In this document: positions 11,492 through 23,405 of the stretch, in pieces
Position numbering within the stretch: position 1 is the first letter of the stretch
How the letters are laid out: the number at the start of each line of letters is the position of its first letter
Origin: Nemertoderma westbladi
Taxonomy: Eukaryota > Animalia > Xenacoelomorpha
Reading direction: 5' to 3'
DNA: 64,000 bases
NCBI GenBank assembly: GCA_032718475.1
Contig: JAUCBJ010006900.1
Coordinates: forward strand, 1-64,000
The notes under the pieces: model-generated
The model's input: the letters and a program-made list of their open reading frames with translations, nothing else
What the model was told of the DNA's origin: nothing
Database searches by the model: none
Translations under genes and position numbers: made by a program

Positions 11492-14233
11492 CTACAAACC
11501 ATTGAGAATACGTTGAGCGCATGGAGGGTTTAGTTTGCGGACATGATGACGCACAGTAGCATTGAGAAGGAATTGGGAACAAGTAGCACCAAAAAGGACT
11601 ACTCGAAATCGATATGTGACCCAAGGACTGTGAGGATTGGTTGGATCCTCTGGCCACATGAAGCGTGTGACGTCACGATCGTTTTCATCTAATATCACCT
11701 GTAAGTAAGCCTTCTCAATATCCGCCAATGCGCAATACAGGTTCAGACGAAAACGCAGTAGCATTTCAATGAGATCTTGTGAGATTAAACTCGGTCCCGA
11801 ATACAAACAATCGTTGAGACTCGGTAACCCGCGACCAGCCCGTGCCGAACAATCGAATACGATTCGTAATGGAGTTGTTATCGACTGTTTTTCAACTCCA
11901 TGGTGGGCTAGGTAGTGTATTTTAGAACCCGTAGCAATATAGGGGGGTGCTAGTTCTATAAATCCACGTTCTAACTGTTGAAGAATAATACTATTATAAC
12001 ATTCCAATAACAAAGGATTCTTTGACAACTTCGTCAATGTCGACTGAAGTCGCTTTATCGTTAATCCGTAATTGGATGGTAGACTTGGAAAATCCGGTTT
12101 CCAAGGTAGACGAACAACATATCTTCCATCAACATACTTAGTGTTTTCTTCAAATTCCTTCATAACAACTTCATCAATAGGGTTGGTGTCATCAGGTGAG
12201 ATACCGATTGTATCTAATCTCCAAAGTCGTTCGAGGGCATCATCAAGATTATCCGACTCTTCAGCACAACCAATAAGGAGAGCCGTAATAACATTTGATT
12301 GAATTGAGTTTGATTGGGAATCACATAAAGGCAATGTACCAGTAATGACATCACCAAGATTAGAAGGAAGCCGATAAATACCACCTTGAATACATTCCCC
12401 ATAAACGAAGTTAAAGTACTGGTCGACTCCTATCAACAACCCAATGTCAGATAAATCATCTCCGGTACGAGGATCTGCTAACTTAAATCCACGCAGCTGT
12501 AGTTGAGAGACCATCTTGGTACGACCCGGGGAAGATAATCTAAGAGGCAACTTATCTACAACTAACGCCCAAGTCTCAATTAAACCATCCAAAGTTGAAA
12601 TTCGGAAACGAACTTCATCATAAACCTTCCTTGGTCCTTCCTTATTAAAACCGTCTATAGAAGATGACACCTTATTAATTGTCTTCAATCCTAATGCCTT
12701 GACAATTCGACGGAGTATAAAAGTACGTTGTGCAGCTTGATCGAGAATTGTACGAACAGAGTAATCATCTTCCTTCCCATCATTTAGGAATCTTATAGGA
12801 CAGATTGCGGTAGGAAGTAATGTAGATCCACCCGAAGTTGCCAAACAAACATCCCCTGAATCAGATGTAATAGCTGCAACTGTACTAGGATTTGGTTTAG
12901 AATCCAAATGTAGAATGGTATGGTGACCCTTCCTACATACTTGACAACCTTCCTCACTGAGACAAGGTTTACCTTCTGAATGTTTATGTCTAAGACATCT
13001 TGTACATAAACGCAATTCTCTAACTCGAGATAATTTAAGATTTGGAGTCTTATACTGGTCACACAATCGGGCAGGATGATCTGCCTTACATAGATAACAG
13101 GAAACCGGTCTGCGTTTCCTATCGAATGGTGTACTTGCTGTCGTGCTGAAAGAGCCAAGTGTTCCTCCAGTTTCAGAACCCACAGAATTGGCTGATGAAT
13201 TTCTACTATCGCTTTTAAATTTACTACCATAGTTATTCTGAGGTTTTAGGTAAGTACTTTGTGACTCAGTAGACCTTAACTGTTCGATTTCATCATTTAG
13301 AGCTACCCGTAACTCCTCAAGCGTCCAATAAGTGGAGCGAGCGGCCCTATTTATGTTACTACGAACTGAAGCAGGAAGCTTACGAAGAATTAGTTCGGCG
13401 TATACGTAGCCAGATTCCTCCACATTACCTCCTAGTTGTTTGATTCCACGCAGTTGCGCTTCATAATTTGCTCGAAATGAAGCTAAATCCTTCGAAGTCG
13501 CTTTAGGAGACTCCATATCGAACACTGTATTGAGACGAGCCCTCATAATTAACTTTTTCTGACCATAAGTAGTCCTAAGAAGTTCAATGGCCTCAATATA
13601 ATCATCATTACTTCTCTGGAAGTTTTTTACTAAAGAAGAAGCATCACCAGAGAGTTGGCCTTCTAGATACGTAAATTTAGTGGCTCCAGCTAGATCAGTT
13701 CTCTTATGTATTGCATCCTCAAATCGATCCCAGAAATTGGGCCATTCTATCGGATCGCCACTAAATTTTGGGAGTTTAAGGTTTGGAAGCTTCTGAGAGG
13801 TTAATCCCATAGGCCTCGTATTTCCTATCTGGGTTCTATCTAACCCAGTATTTTCCGGATTAAAACCGATGTGATCAGAAGGGTGGATTTGGCCATGCTG
13901 ACTTACAGAATTACTTAGACCTAATAACTTATCTACTCGACGCAATAAGGAACCTATCTGCATGTCATCCTTAGCAGATGAATTGATTTCGGTAACTAAC
14001 TTATCTTCATCTTCTACAAGATGTTGAATCTCCTCAGTCAACTCAGCTATTTTCGCCCTCTGATTTCGCAATCCCTCGGATAAATCCTCTATAGTTTCAA
14101 CATTGACATCATCGTGTAATGTACGGTTGGCGAAATCTGAGTACATTTCGCCATGGAGATCTCCCATTAAACGAGTAGCGGTTGCTTTATGACCTGCTCT
14201 CCGTTTCCTTAACTTACCCAGCGGTTCAGCCAT
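11492..14233 (-). CDS. gag: BEL/Pao gag-protease-RT N-terminal polyprotein (913 aa, ends at a frameshift)
   Basis: LPKFSGDPIEWPNFWDRF (Pao gag), three Cys/His knuckles, ILDQAAQRTFI protease, RYVVRLPWK, YLAHHGV, LRIVFDCS, SLNDCLYSGP, ADIEKAYLQV, FRVVLFGATCS RT motifs. Confidence 0.92.
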   Translation of the reverse strand: MAEPLGKLRKRRAGHKATATRLMGDLHGEMYSDFANRTLHDDVNVETIEDLSEGLRNQRAKIAELTEEIQHLVEDEDKLVTEINSSAKDDMQIGSLLRRVDKLLGLSNSVSQHGQIHPSDHIGFNPENTGLDRTQIGNTRPMGLTSQKLPNLKLPKFSGDPIEWPNFWDRFEDAIHKRTDLAGATKFTYLEGQLSGDASSLVKNFQRSNDDYIEAIELLRTTYGQKKLIMRARLNTVFDMESPKATSKDLASFRANYEAQLRGIKQLGGNVEESGYVYAELILRKLPASVRSNINRAARSTYWTLEELRVALNDEIEQLRSTESQSTYLKPQNNYGSKFKSDSRNSSANSVGSETGGTLGSFSTTASTPFDRKRRPVSCYLCKADHPARLCDQYKTPNLKLSRVRELRLCTRCLRHKHSEGKPCLSEEGCQVCRKGHHTILHLDSKPNPSTVAAITSDSGDVCLATSGGSTLLPTAICPIRFLNDGKEDDYSVRTILDQAAQRTFILRRIVKALGLKTINKVSSSIDGFNKEGPRKVYDEVRFRISTLDGLIETWALVVDKLPLRLSSPGRTKMVSQLQLRGFKLADPRTGDDLSDIGLLIGVDQYFNFVYGECIQGGIYRLPSNLGDVITGTLPLCDSQSNSIQSNVITALLIGCAEESDNLDDALERLWRLDTIGISPDDTNPIDEVVMKEFEENTKYVDGRYVVRLPWKPDFPSLPSNYGLTIKRLQSTLTKLSKNPLLLECYNSIILQQLERGFIELAPPYIATGSKIHYLAHHGVEKQSITTPLRIVFDCSARAGRGLPSLNDCLYSGPSLISQDLIEMLLRFRLNLYCALADIEKAYLQVILDENDRDVTRFMWPEDPTNPHSPWVTYRFRVVLFGATCSQFLLNATVRHHVRKLNPPCAQRILNGL

Positions 14234-14616
14234 TCTATCTACAAGGCCTAGGTTAGGTAGATTAAATTACAAATATTTCTGGCCGGATTGACTTCGTAAT
14301 TTGCGTTGTGTCACAGTTCCAGTTTATTTCCGAATGCAGAAATGCAGTACCGGTACCGTTATATACCGTACTGACTAATACAGCAATATGAATATAGGTA
14401 GGCCAATAGGCTCGTTAGGCCTAACCGTCTGACCGTAGATACAGGTACGTCCGTCGAATACGCAGTTTACTGCTGTACTGTATCCAAATATAACAGTTTG
14501 CAGTTTGAGCCTATCTGATTAATTACTCCAGTTCAGTACTGCAGTAGGTATTCCAGTATTCACCAAACTGCCAAACAGTATTCCCAAACACCGATTATAT
14601 TCCTTCATTCAACAGG

Positions 14617-14634
14617 ATCCGGGTCCAGGCACCA
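14617..14634 (-). promoter_or_regulatory. tRNA primer-binding site (TGGTGCCTGGACCCGGAT, tRNA-His-like)
   Basis: TGG-initiated 18-mer 3 nt downstream of the 5' LTR; resembles the complement of the tRNA-His 3' end with mismatches. Confidence 0.7.
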
Positions 14635-14637
14635 AAA

Positions 14638-14907
14638 TGTGCGGAATATACGCACACCAAATATATCAGTGCTGACTGTATCCAACAGTCAGCCTTCAGT
14701 CGAACATAATGCTGACTGCATCCGGCAGTCAGCTAAGGCAACAAGAAAAAGGGGGTCAGCTGTCAGACAATACTAAATATATAATCTGCTTGCTGGCTTG
14801 TCCCTCAAACAATAATTCATCTATCAGCACTGTACCGGTAGCAAACCTTCACCAAAAGAAGTATACAGTATAAAATAGTATAAATCTACTGTAATAACTT
14901 TATTACA
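14638..14907 (-). repeat. 5' LTR of small BEL/Pao element
   Basis: 270 bp direct repeat of 8827-9096. Confidence 0.97.
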
Positions 14908-17532
14908 AACCGCCACCATGCAGTCACTCAGGAGCCGCGATCCCATTTGGTTCCTGCTCCAACCGCTTCCATGCAGTCAGACTCGAGAGTCGCGATCCCA
15001 CCAGTTCCTCCTACAACCGCCTCCATGCAGTCACTAAGGAGCCGCAATCCCGTTGGTTCCTGCTCCAACCACTTCCATGCAGTCACTCAGGAGCCACGAT
15101 CCCACCAGTTCCTCCTACAACCGCATCCATGCAGTCACTCAGGAGCCGCGATCCCATTGGTTCCTGCTCCAACCGCCTCCATGCAGTCACTAAGGAGCCG
15201 CAATCCCATTGGTTCCTGCTCCAACCACTTCCATGCAGTCACTCAGGAGCCACGATCCCACCAGTTCCTCCTACAACCGCATCCATGCAGTCACTCAGGA
15301 GCCGCGATCCCACCAGTTCCCCCTACAACCGCCTCCATGCAGTCAGTCAGGAGCAGCGATCCCATTGGTTCCTCCTCCAACCTCCTCCATGCAGTCACTC
15401 AGGAGCCGCGATCCCATTGGTTCCTCCTCCAACCTCCTCCATGCAGTCAGTCAGGAGCCACAATCCCATCTGGTTCCTCCTACAACCACCTCCATGCAGT
15501 CACTCAGGAGCCGCGATGCCATTGGTACCTCCTACAACCGCCTCCATGGAGTCACTCAGGAGCCGCGATGCCATTGGTACCTCCTACAACCGCCTCCATG
15601 CAGTCACTCAGGAGCCGCAATCCAATTGGTTCCTCCTACAACCGCCTCAATGGAGTCACTCAGGAGCCGCGATCCCGTTGGTTCCTCCTACAACCGCCTC
15701 CATGCAGTCACTCAGGAGCCGCAATCCCATTGGTTCCTCCTACAACCGCCTCCATGCAGTCACTCAGGAGCCGCAATCCCATTGGTTCCTCCTACAACCG
15801 CCTCCATGCAGTCAGTCAGGAGCCGCGATCCCATTGGTTCCTCCTACAACCGCCTCCATGCAGTCACTCAGGAGCCACGATCCCATCAGTTCGTCCTCCA
15901 ACCGCCTCCATGCAGTCACTCAGGAGCCACAATCCCATCAGTCCCCCCTCCAACCTCCTCCATATAGTCACTCCGGAACCGCGATCCTATTGGTTTCTCC
16001 TCCAACTGCCACCATGCAGTCTGACTCAGGAGCCACGATCCCATCAGTTCCCCCACCAACCACCTCCATGCAGTCACTCAGGAGCCACAATCCCATTTGG
16101 TTCCTCCTCCAACCGCATCCATGCAGTCACTCAGGAGCCACAATCCCATCTGGTTCCTCCTCCAACCGCCCCCATGCAGTCAGACTCAAGAGCCGCGATC
16201 CCATTGGTACCTCCTCCAAGCGCCTCCATGCAGTCACTCAGGAGCCGCGATCCCACCAGTTCCTCCCACAACCGCCTCCATGCAGTCACTCAGGAGCCGC
16301 GATCCCATTGGTTCCTCCTACAACCGCCTCCATGCAGTCACTCAGGAGCCGCAATCCCATTGGTTCCTCCTCCAAGCGCCTCCATGCAGTAACTCAGGAG
16401 CCGCGATCCCACCAGTTCCTCCTACAACTGCCTCCATGCAGTCACTCAGGAGCTGCGATCCCACCAGTTCCTCCTACAACCGCCTCCATGCAGTCACTCA
16501 GGAGCCGCGATCCCATTGGTTCCTCCTACAACCGCCTCCATGCAGTCACTCAGGAGCCGCGATCCCATTGGTTCCTCCTCCAACCACCTCCATGCAGTCA
16601 CTCAGGAGCCGCGATCCCACCAGTTCCTCCTACAACCGCCTCCATGCAGTCACTCAGGAGCCGCGATCCCATTGGTTCCTCCTACAACCGCCTCCATGCA
16701 GTCACTCAGGAGCCGCGATCCCATCAGTTCCTCCTATAACCGCCTCCATGCAGTCACTCAGGAGCCGCGATCCCATTGGTTCCTCCTACAACCGCCTCCA
16801 TGCAGTCACTCAGGAGCCACGATCCCATCAGTTCCTCCTATAACCGCCTCCATGCAGTCACTCAGGAGCCGCGATCCCATTGGTTCCTCCTACAACCGCC
16901 TCCATGCAGTCACGCAGGAGCCGCGATCCCATTGGTTCCTCCTACAACCGCCTCCATGCAGTCACTCAGGAGTCGCGATCCCATTGGTTCCTCCTACAAC
17001 CACCTCCATGCTGTCAGACTCAAGAGCCGCGATCCCACCAGTTCCACCTCCAACCGCCTCCATGCAGTCACTCAGGAGCCGCAATCCCATTGGTTCCTGC
17101 TCCAACCGCCTCCATGCTGTCAGACTCAAGAGCCGCGATCCCATCAGTTCCACCACAAACCACCTCCATGCAGTCACTCAGGAGCCACAATCCCATTTGG
17201 TTCCTCCTCTAACCGCCTCCATGCAGTCTGACTCAGGAGCCACAATCCCATTTGGTTCCTCCTCCAACCGCCTCCATGCAGTCACTCAGGAGCCACGATC
17301 CCATTTGGTTCCTCCTCCAACCGCCTCCATGCAGTCTGACTCAGGAGCCGCGATCCCATCAGTTCCACCACAAACCACCTCCATGCAATCACTCAGGAGC
17401 CACAATCCCATTTGGTTCCTCCTCTAACCGCCTCCATGCAGTCTGACTCAGGAGCCACAATCCCATTTGGTTCCTCCTCCAACCGCCTCCATGCAGTCAG
17501 ACTCAAGAGCCGCGATCCCACCAGTTCCTCCT
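14908..17532 (+). repeat. Satellite array segment 2 (same 52-54 bp monomer, more diverged)
   Basis: Same monomer resumes in register after the AACCG TSD. Confidence 0.98.
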
Positions 17533-18719
17533 TGTTCGCGCTTTTAGACCTTTAGCAGTTTAACCCGCTAATTTTAGGTGTCTTCTAGTTTATAAATCGA
17601 CTTTAGCCTATAACAAGTATTTGTTGCATATAAGATATAAAGTTACACTAGCCGAAGCCAGCCTATGCGCGACCATTCACCCACACTGGTTCAGGGATGA
17701 CTGGATTCGGAGGCTCTGACCTTATTGCGGTGTAGACTTACTGTACTATTCGATTGATCGTTAATATATAATCTCTGACAAATATTATTTACTTTCGGGA
17801 AATATTAACAGTTCCTTTAGGACGTGGCGCTCTAAGTATGTAAACAGAGTTATGACTTACACTAAACACAACGGGATGGCTAATGATTTTCGTATAAAGC
17901 GCATTCTTTAGGAAATGCTTTGTTATCTGTCACACTCATGCACATTACCGCACACTGCTGCACACTGATCTGCCGACCTTCACTAAATTTGATCATATAT
18001 AAGGAGAACAGCAACTGACACATGTAGGGATTATGAAATAGCATTCAATTCACTCCAAAACCACTATAATGTAAGTCGCAATTGCTACAGGTAACCGGTC
18101 TCTCTAACCTTCAGTATATCAAGAAGATTGGGGTTTTATGATTATTTATCGATATTCTCCAAATATAACAACATATCCATCAACTGATAACAATTAATAA
18201 CCGACAGTAAATAGCAGTAAAATAATGCGGTGAAAGATTGAGTTGATTTGTTTGTATGTGATCAGGTTTGAGTCTGGTAAGGTTTGAGTCTGCTGTGTGC
18301 TGTTTGTTTTGATAACAGTTATACGTTCCTATAATCAAAGCCGTCGAATGTTTGGCTAAAGTCTGAAACTAAGAATAATTCCAAAGCTGATGTTCTGGGC
18401 TCAGGAAAAAGGTAAACAAAGACCGTCATGCATTGCACGATTTCCCGTAGGCTTCTGTGCAAATAAAATGAAAATCGCTCTGATTGGTCGAGTGAGCTGA
18501 ACAAAGAGAGTTAAAAAGCTCCACATCGACATCAAAATCAGTTGATAGATTTCGTCATCTAAGCCACACTGTATTAAGAGTATTTTGGCGTATTGCGGCA
18601 TAAAATGGCTTGTTATGTCCGCTAAAGTACACATACAGAAAAATGTCTTTTTATGTCCACTAAAACACCTACACAGTACTTTGCGGGGAAAATGACTGAT
18701 ATCCGCAAAAGCCTTTACA
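17533..18719 (-). mobile_element. Solo LTR (1187 bp) of the large BEL/Pao family
   Basis: Reverse-complement homolog of 22265-23405; TG...CA ends; CTCCT TSD at 17528-17532 and 18720-18724; no internal region. Confidence 0.95.
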
Positions 18720-18795
18720 CTCCTACAACCGCCTGCATGCAGTCACTCAGGAGCCGTGATCCCATTTGGTTCCTCCTCCAACCGCCTCCATGCAG
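18720..18795 (+). repeat. Terminal 1.5 monomers of the satellite
   Basis: CTCCTACAACCGCCTGCATGCAGTCACTCAGGAGCC... continues the array after the solo LTR. Confidence 0.93.
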
Positions 18796-19098
18796 CGAGT
18801 TTAGCATATGGGTACTGTGTAGTACACACCATTATCATGTAGTTATGTCTGCATGTCGTATGTTATGTTTACTTATACAATATACTATTCAGGTCACTCA
18901 GTATTCACCATCTGCTATCAGACATGGTGCATCCCCCGCAGTGTGTAGGCCTAGCAACCTACGCCAAACCACAGAACCAGCAATCAGCCCACCCAGCCGG
19001 CATTTCATTCATTTAAATAATAACATTTAATGATTACGGTAGCTGAAATTGAAATTGACCTCACTTATATCTACTAACTACTACGACGTCAAACATCA

Positions 19099-20310
19099 AT
19101 GGATCCAAAAGACCCGCGCAACCCCCACACCTTTATATTACGGGCAACCCTGCCCCGATTCGATATCGAAATGGAACGCCACTCTTGGCGCATCTGGAAG
19201 GAGGAATGGTCTGCCTTCCTCATATCATCCGGACTCGCTAACCTCTACATTGAGGATCCCGGTGAAAACCCCAATGCCGCCACCTCGGCCGCCCTTCTAC
19301 GCCAACGCAACTGCCACGCTCGGGCTGCCCTTACAGCGGCGTTCTCCCGACCAACTAATGGTATCGTGCGTGGCCTGGCCCTCCCTGCCGTGATAAACGA
19401 CGACGCCACTGCCGTCGTGGCCCGCCTTGACGCACACATCCAGGGTGGTACCAACATCCGCGTACACCGCCACGAGCTGCTCCGCTGCCGACGTGAACCC
19501 GAAGAAACGCCAGAGACATACCTCGTATGCCTACGAGATATCGCAATAAAATGTGGATTTCGCGAGTTCAACACAGCCGAAGCACACATGGATGACAGGC
19601 TCCTAGATCAGTTTATTGCGGGGTTTGGGGATAAAGATGTAACGGAGAAGCTCCTACGTCTCCCCGCTGGTCAAACCCTGGCCGACGCACTCCAATGCGC
19701 ACTGTCGGTGTGGACCGCACGGAAAGACGCAGCATCCCTCACACTAGCCCCCCCCCCAACCAGTACAGCGATACATACGGAACCCACCGCTAACGCTGCA
19801 TCTGCTGGGCGCCCAGGGCGTGGCCGCAACCGATACTTGGGCCACCCCACTGCCACTCGCGGAATGAGTGACAACAGCACCGGTAAGTGCCAACAATGTG
19901 GCTACCCGCCACACGCCCAGGGCAAGCCGTGCCCTGGCCTTAAAGCCACATGCCGCCATTGTGGCCGTACGGGCCACTATGATCGAATGTGCCTGTCCAA
20001 ATCCAACGCCAACACACAACCAACCCGCGCCCCCCGCCAACCACCAGCACAGGCCCACAACATTGGTGACAGCGAACTGACAGTTTATGATGGTTCCCCA
20101 GACAACGTCCAGCGTCTGGATAACTCGGCCCCACCTCCGCAACCACCCAGGATGGCGAATGGATCCCGCTCCGGTTGGACCTTCCGGGGCTCCTTCCCCG
20201 CCCCAATGAATTCCACCCGGCAAACCAAGTCTGCCGAACCGATGTCTGGGTCCTTGATGGGCTCCGGCAGTCCATCCTCTCTCACGCAGACTGTTTCATG
20301 CTGGAAATAA
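19099..20310 (+). CDS. gag: Gypsy gag with double zinc knuckle (C-terminus probably out of frame)
   Basis: W..WKEEWSAFL, R.RREPEETPETYLVCLR..A.KCGF, RLLDQFIAG, CQQCGYPPH...CPGLKATCRHCGRTGHYDRMC. Confidence 0.85.
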   Translation: MDPKDPRNPHTFILRATLPRFDIEMERHSWRIWKEEWSAFLISSGLANLYIEDPGENPNAATSAALLRQRNCHARAALTAAFSRPTNGIVRGLALPAVINDDATAVVARLDAHIQGGTNIRVHRHELLRCRREPEETPETYLVCLRDIAIKCGFREFNTAEAHMDDRLLDQFIAGFGDKDVTEKLLRLPAGQTLADALQCALSVWTARKDAASLTLAPPPTSTAIHTEPTANAASAGRPGRGRNRYLGHPTATRGMSDNSTGKCQQCGYPPHAQGKPCPGLKATCRHCGRTGHYDRMCLSKSNANTQPTRAPRQPPAQAHNIGDSELTVYDGSPDNVQRLDNSAPPPQPPRMANGSRSGWTFRGSFPAPMNSTRQTKSAEPMSGSLMGSGSPSSLTQTVSCWK

Positions 20311-20461
20311 TGTCGAGCCCATACCTCAACCCAGGCACTACCGCCACATTGCATCCCCAGGTCAGCTCAGCCACTGAGTCATACCCCAACCCAGCCGCAA
20401 CACTGTCTCCCACCACCAAACCCGACACCACTGTGATCACTCCCACCTTCCGCGACGCCGA

Positions 20462-22264
20462 GTGGGCCAAACTCCTGCGACAGTTCCCCACCCCCTCGCT
20501 GGGATCTGCTGTGTTATGGATTGGGGGCCTATCTCCATTAAACTACATCCCGGCTCGCGACCAGTGACCGCCTACCACCACCGGCCCATACCAGTCAACC
20601 TTCGTGCTGCCTTCGACCGCGAGGTAGACGAACAACTCCCGATAGGTATTATCGAACCGGCGGGTGATGAAAACGACCCGGGCACCTGGCTCAATCCAAT
20701 GGTAGTGACACGTAAGAAAGACCCGAACTGTGCAAGGATTACTGTAGATCTACGAGAACTGAATAAAGCTACAGTGCGACCGACCTACTTCAGTCCGAGT
20801 CCCTTCCACATTGTGTCTGCGATACCCACATCTGCGGGCATTTTCACAGTTCTCGATGGCCTCAAAGGCTTTCACCAGGTTGAACTCGATGCCCAAAGTT
20901 GACGCCTCACCACCTTCGTCGCTGCCCATCGCGGCCGAATGCGCTATCGCCGCATGCCGATGGGCTGGCATGGCAGCTCTGACGCCTTTAACACACGCAT
21001 GGACACTGCAATTTGTAACTTGCCTAATACAGGCCGCATCATCTACTCAAACACCATTGAGGAACACATCCAGCACGTCGCGGTGGCCCTGGACGCCTGC
21101 ACCCGCGCCAACATTTCCCTCAACCCACGTAAAACCCAGTTCTGCTGCACCGAGGTCAAGTTCGGTGGTTACCTCATCTCCAAGGGCCGCTTCTGCATCG
21201 ACCCAGACCTCACTCAGGACCTGCGGAACTTCCCCCCACCCAACAACCGCCGTGAGTTGCGCTCATTTCTGGGTCTTGCCCAACAGCTGGGAAATTCAAC
21301 CGCGGATATAACTCGCTTAGTGGAACCACTCCGCAGCCTGAACACCGACCGCCACCCCCGGGAGTGGTTCCCGCCCCACCAGACTGCATTCCTTGACACC
21401 CGGTCCGCCCTGTCTAGCCCACTCTACTTGTCGGGGTTCCACCCCGAGCGACGTACAGAACTCCCCACGGATGCCTCATGCCTCTATGGACTCGGCTTTC
21501 TACTTCGCCAATGGGACCCCGATAATGCTAAGTGGCTCACCATCCAGTGTGGCTCCCGTACCTTAGCCCCACACGAGTCAAACTGGTCTGGAATGGCGGA
21601 GTTGGAGGGGCTCGCCGCCGCCTGGGCAACCAAGAAATGCAGCTACTTCTTGGATGGGCTGAAGCACTTTGATTTAATCACAGACTGCAGCCCCCTTATC
21701 CCAATCCTAAATGACCGCCACCTTGACCAGGTCTCTAATGATCGGCTCTTGAAACTAAAGACAGTGCTGTCACGTTACAACCTAACAGTGCGTCACTAAA
21801 AGGGGGCCAAGCATCTCATTGCAGATGCATTCTCCCACACCCCACAACACCACCCCGTACCCGACGACTTCTTGCTCACCCCAGATGATGAGGCGGACTG
21901 CTCCTACATCATTTCTGTTGCAGCGACTGCGGCCCTGCAGACAGCGGCTGCTTCAACCACATCCATTGGGCCCACGCCATTGGCTGCTCAGGACGCCCGC
22001 CTCTGTCAGATACGAGAGGACGGTCAGAACGACCCAGTCTACTCATCACTGATCTCGCGCATCCACCACGGCTGGCCAGATTCGAAACTGGAACTTATAG
22101 ACCCCGATCTACAGCCGTACTTCAACCACCGAGTGGATCTACAAGTTATCGACAGCCTCGTTCTCCGTGGCCACCGACTGCTGATACCCTCAGCACTGCG
22201 ACCGGAGACCCTGCGCGTCCTCCATGCCGCCCACCAGGGTTTAACTAAAACTCGTCAACGGGCC
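20462..22264 (+). pseudogene. pol: Gypsy pol (RT, RNase H, integrase N-terminus), disrupted
   Basis: WLNPMVVTRKK, RITVDLRELNKA, FTVLDGLKGFHQV, RMPMG, LRSFLGL, TDASCLYGLG, ELEGLAAAWA, TDCSPL, LHAAHQG; internal stops and loss of the YxDD motif. Confidence 0.9.
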
Positions 22265-23405
22265 TGTAAAGGCTTTTGCGGATCTAGCTAGTCATTTTCC
22301 CCGCAAAGTACTCTGTAGGTGTTTTAGCGGACATAAAAAGCCATTTTTCTGTATGTGTACTTTAGCGGACATAACAAGCCATTTTATGCCGCAATACGCC
22401 AAAATACTCTTAATACAGTGTAGTTCAGATGACGACATCTATCAGCTGATATGTCGATGTGGAGCTTTTTGGCTTTCTTTGTTCGGCTCACTCGACCAAT
22501 CAGAGCGATTTTCATTTTATCTTGTACAGAAGCCTACAGAAGATCGCGCAATGCATTATGGTCTTTGTTTACCTTTTTTCCTGAGCCCAGAACATCGGCT
22601 TTGGAATTATTCTGTGTTTCAGACTTTAGCCAAACATTAGAACGGCTTTGATCATAGAAACGTATAACTGTTATCAAGTCAAGTCACATCAACTCAGCAT
22701 ATCATACTATACATACCTTTCACCGCATTATTTTACTGCTTTTACTGTCGGTTATTAATTGTTATCAGTTGATGGAATGTTGTTATATTTGGAGAATATC
22801 AATAAATAATCATAAAACCCCAATCTTCTTGATATACTGAAGGTTAGAGAGACCGGTTACATATAGCAATTGCGACATACATTATAGTGGTTTTGGAGTG
22901 AATTGAATGCTATTTCATAGACCCTACATGTGTCAGTTGCTGTTCTCCTTATATATGATTAAAATTAGTGAAGGTCGGCAGATCAGTGTGCAGCAGTGTG
23001 CAGTTGTGTGCATGAGTGTGATAGATAACAATGCATTTCCTAAAGAATGCGCTTTATACGAAAATCAATAGCCATCCCGTTGTGTTTAGTGTAAGTCATA
23101 ACTCTGTTTACATATTTAGAGCGCCACGTCCTAAATGAACTGTTAATATTTCCCGAAAGTGAATAATATTTGTCAGATATTATATTAATGATCAATCGAA
23201 TAGTACAGTAAGTCTACACCGCAATAAGGTCAGAGCATCCGAATCCAGTCTCCCTTAACCGCGGGTGAATGGTTGCGCATAGGCTGGCTTCGGCTAATGT
23301 AACTTTATGTGTATCAAATACTTGTTATAGGCTAAAGTCGATTTATAACCTAGAAGACACCTAAAATTGGCAGGTTAAACTGCTAAAGGTCTAAAAGCGC
23401 GAACA
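22265..23405 (+). repeat. 5' LTR of outer large BEL/Pao copy
   Basis: TGTAAAGGCTTTT...AAAAGCGCGAACA; direct repeat of 48539-49676. Confidence 0.96.

Larger units (their letters stand above)
8827..14907 (-). mobile_element. BEL/Pao LTR retrotransposon (~6.1 kb, 270 bp LTRs) inserted in the satellite
   Basis: LTRs 8827-9096 and 14638-14907 (TG...CA, one substitution seen); AACCG TSD at 8822-8826 and 14908-14912; PBS, PPT and gag-PR-RT-RH-IN order present. Confidence 0.97.

Noticed and set aside
9468-13230. Antisense and alternate-frame ORFs overlapping the retrotransposon genes (also within the gypsy, large BEL and copia coding regions)
   Set aside because: Shadow ORFs of the real coding frames, with no independent motifs.
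960-17532. CRISPR-like appearance of a regular short repeat
   Set aside because: No unique spacers and no cas genes; it is a plain tandem satellite in eukaryotic TE context.
22353-22651. Short ORFs inside the large LTRs (also 18319-18634, 25578-25787, 26249-26485, 36239-37131, 48656-48921, 61310-61560)
   Set aside because: They recur only because the LTR is repeated; frames are not conserved between LTR subtypes and no motifs are recognisable.
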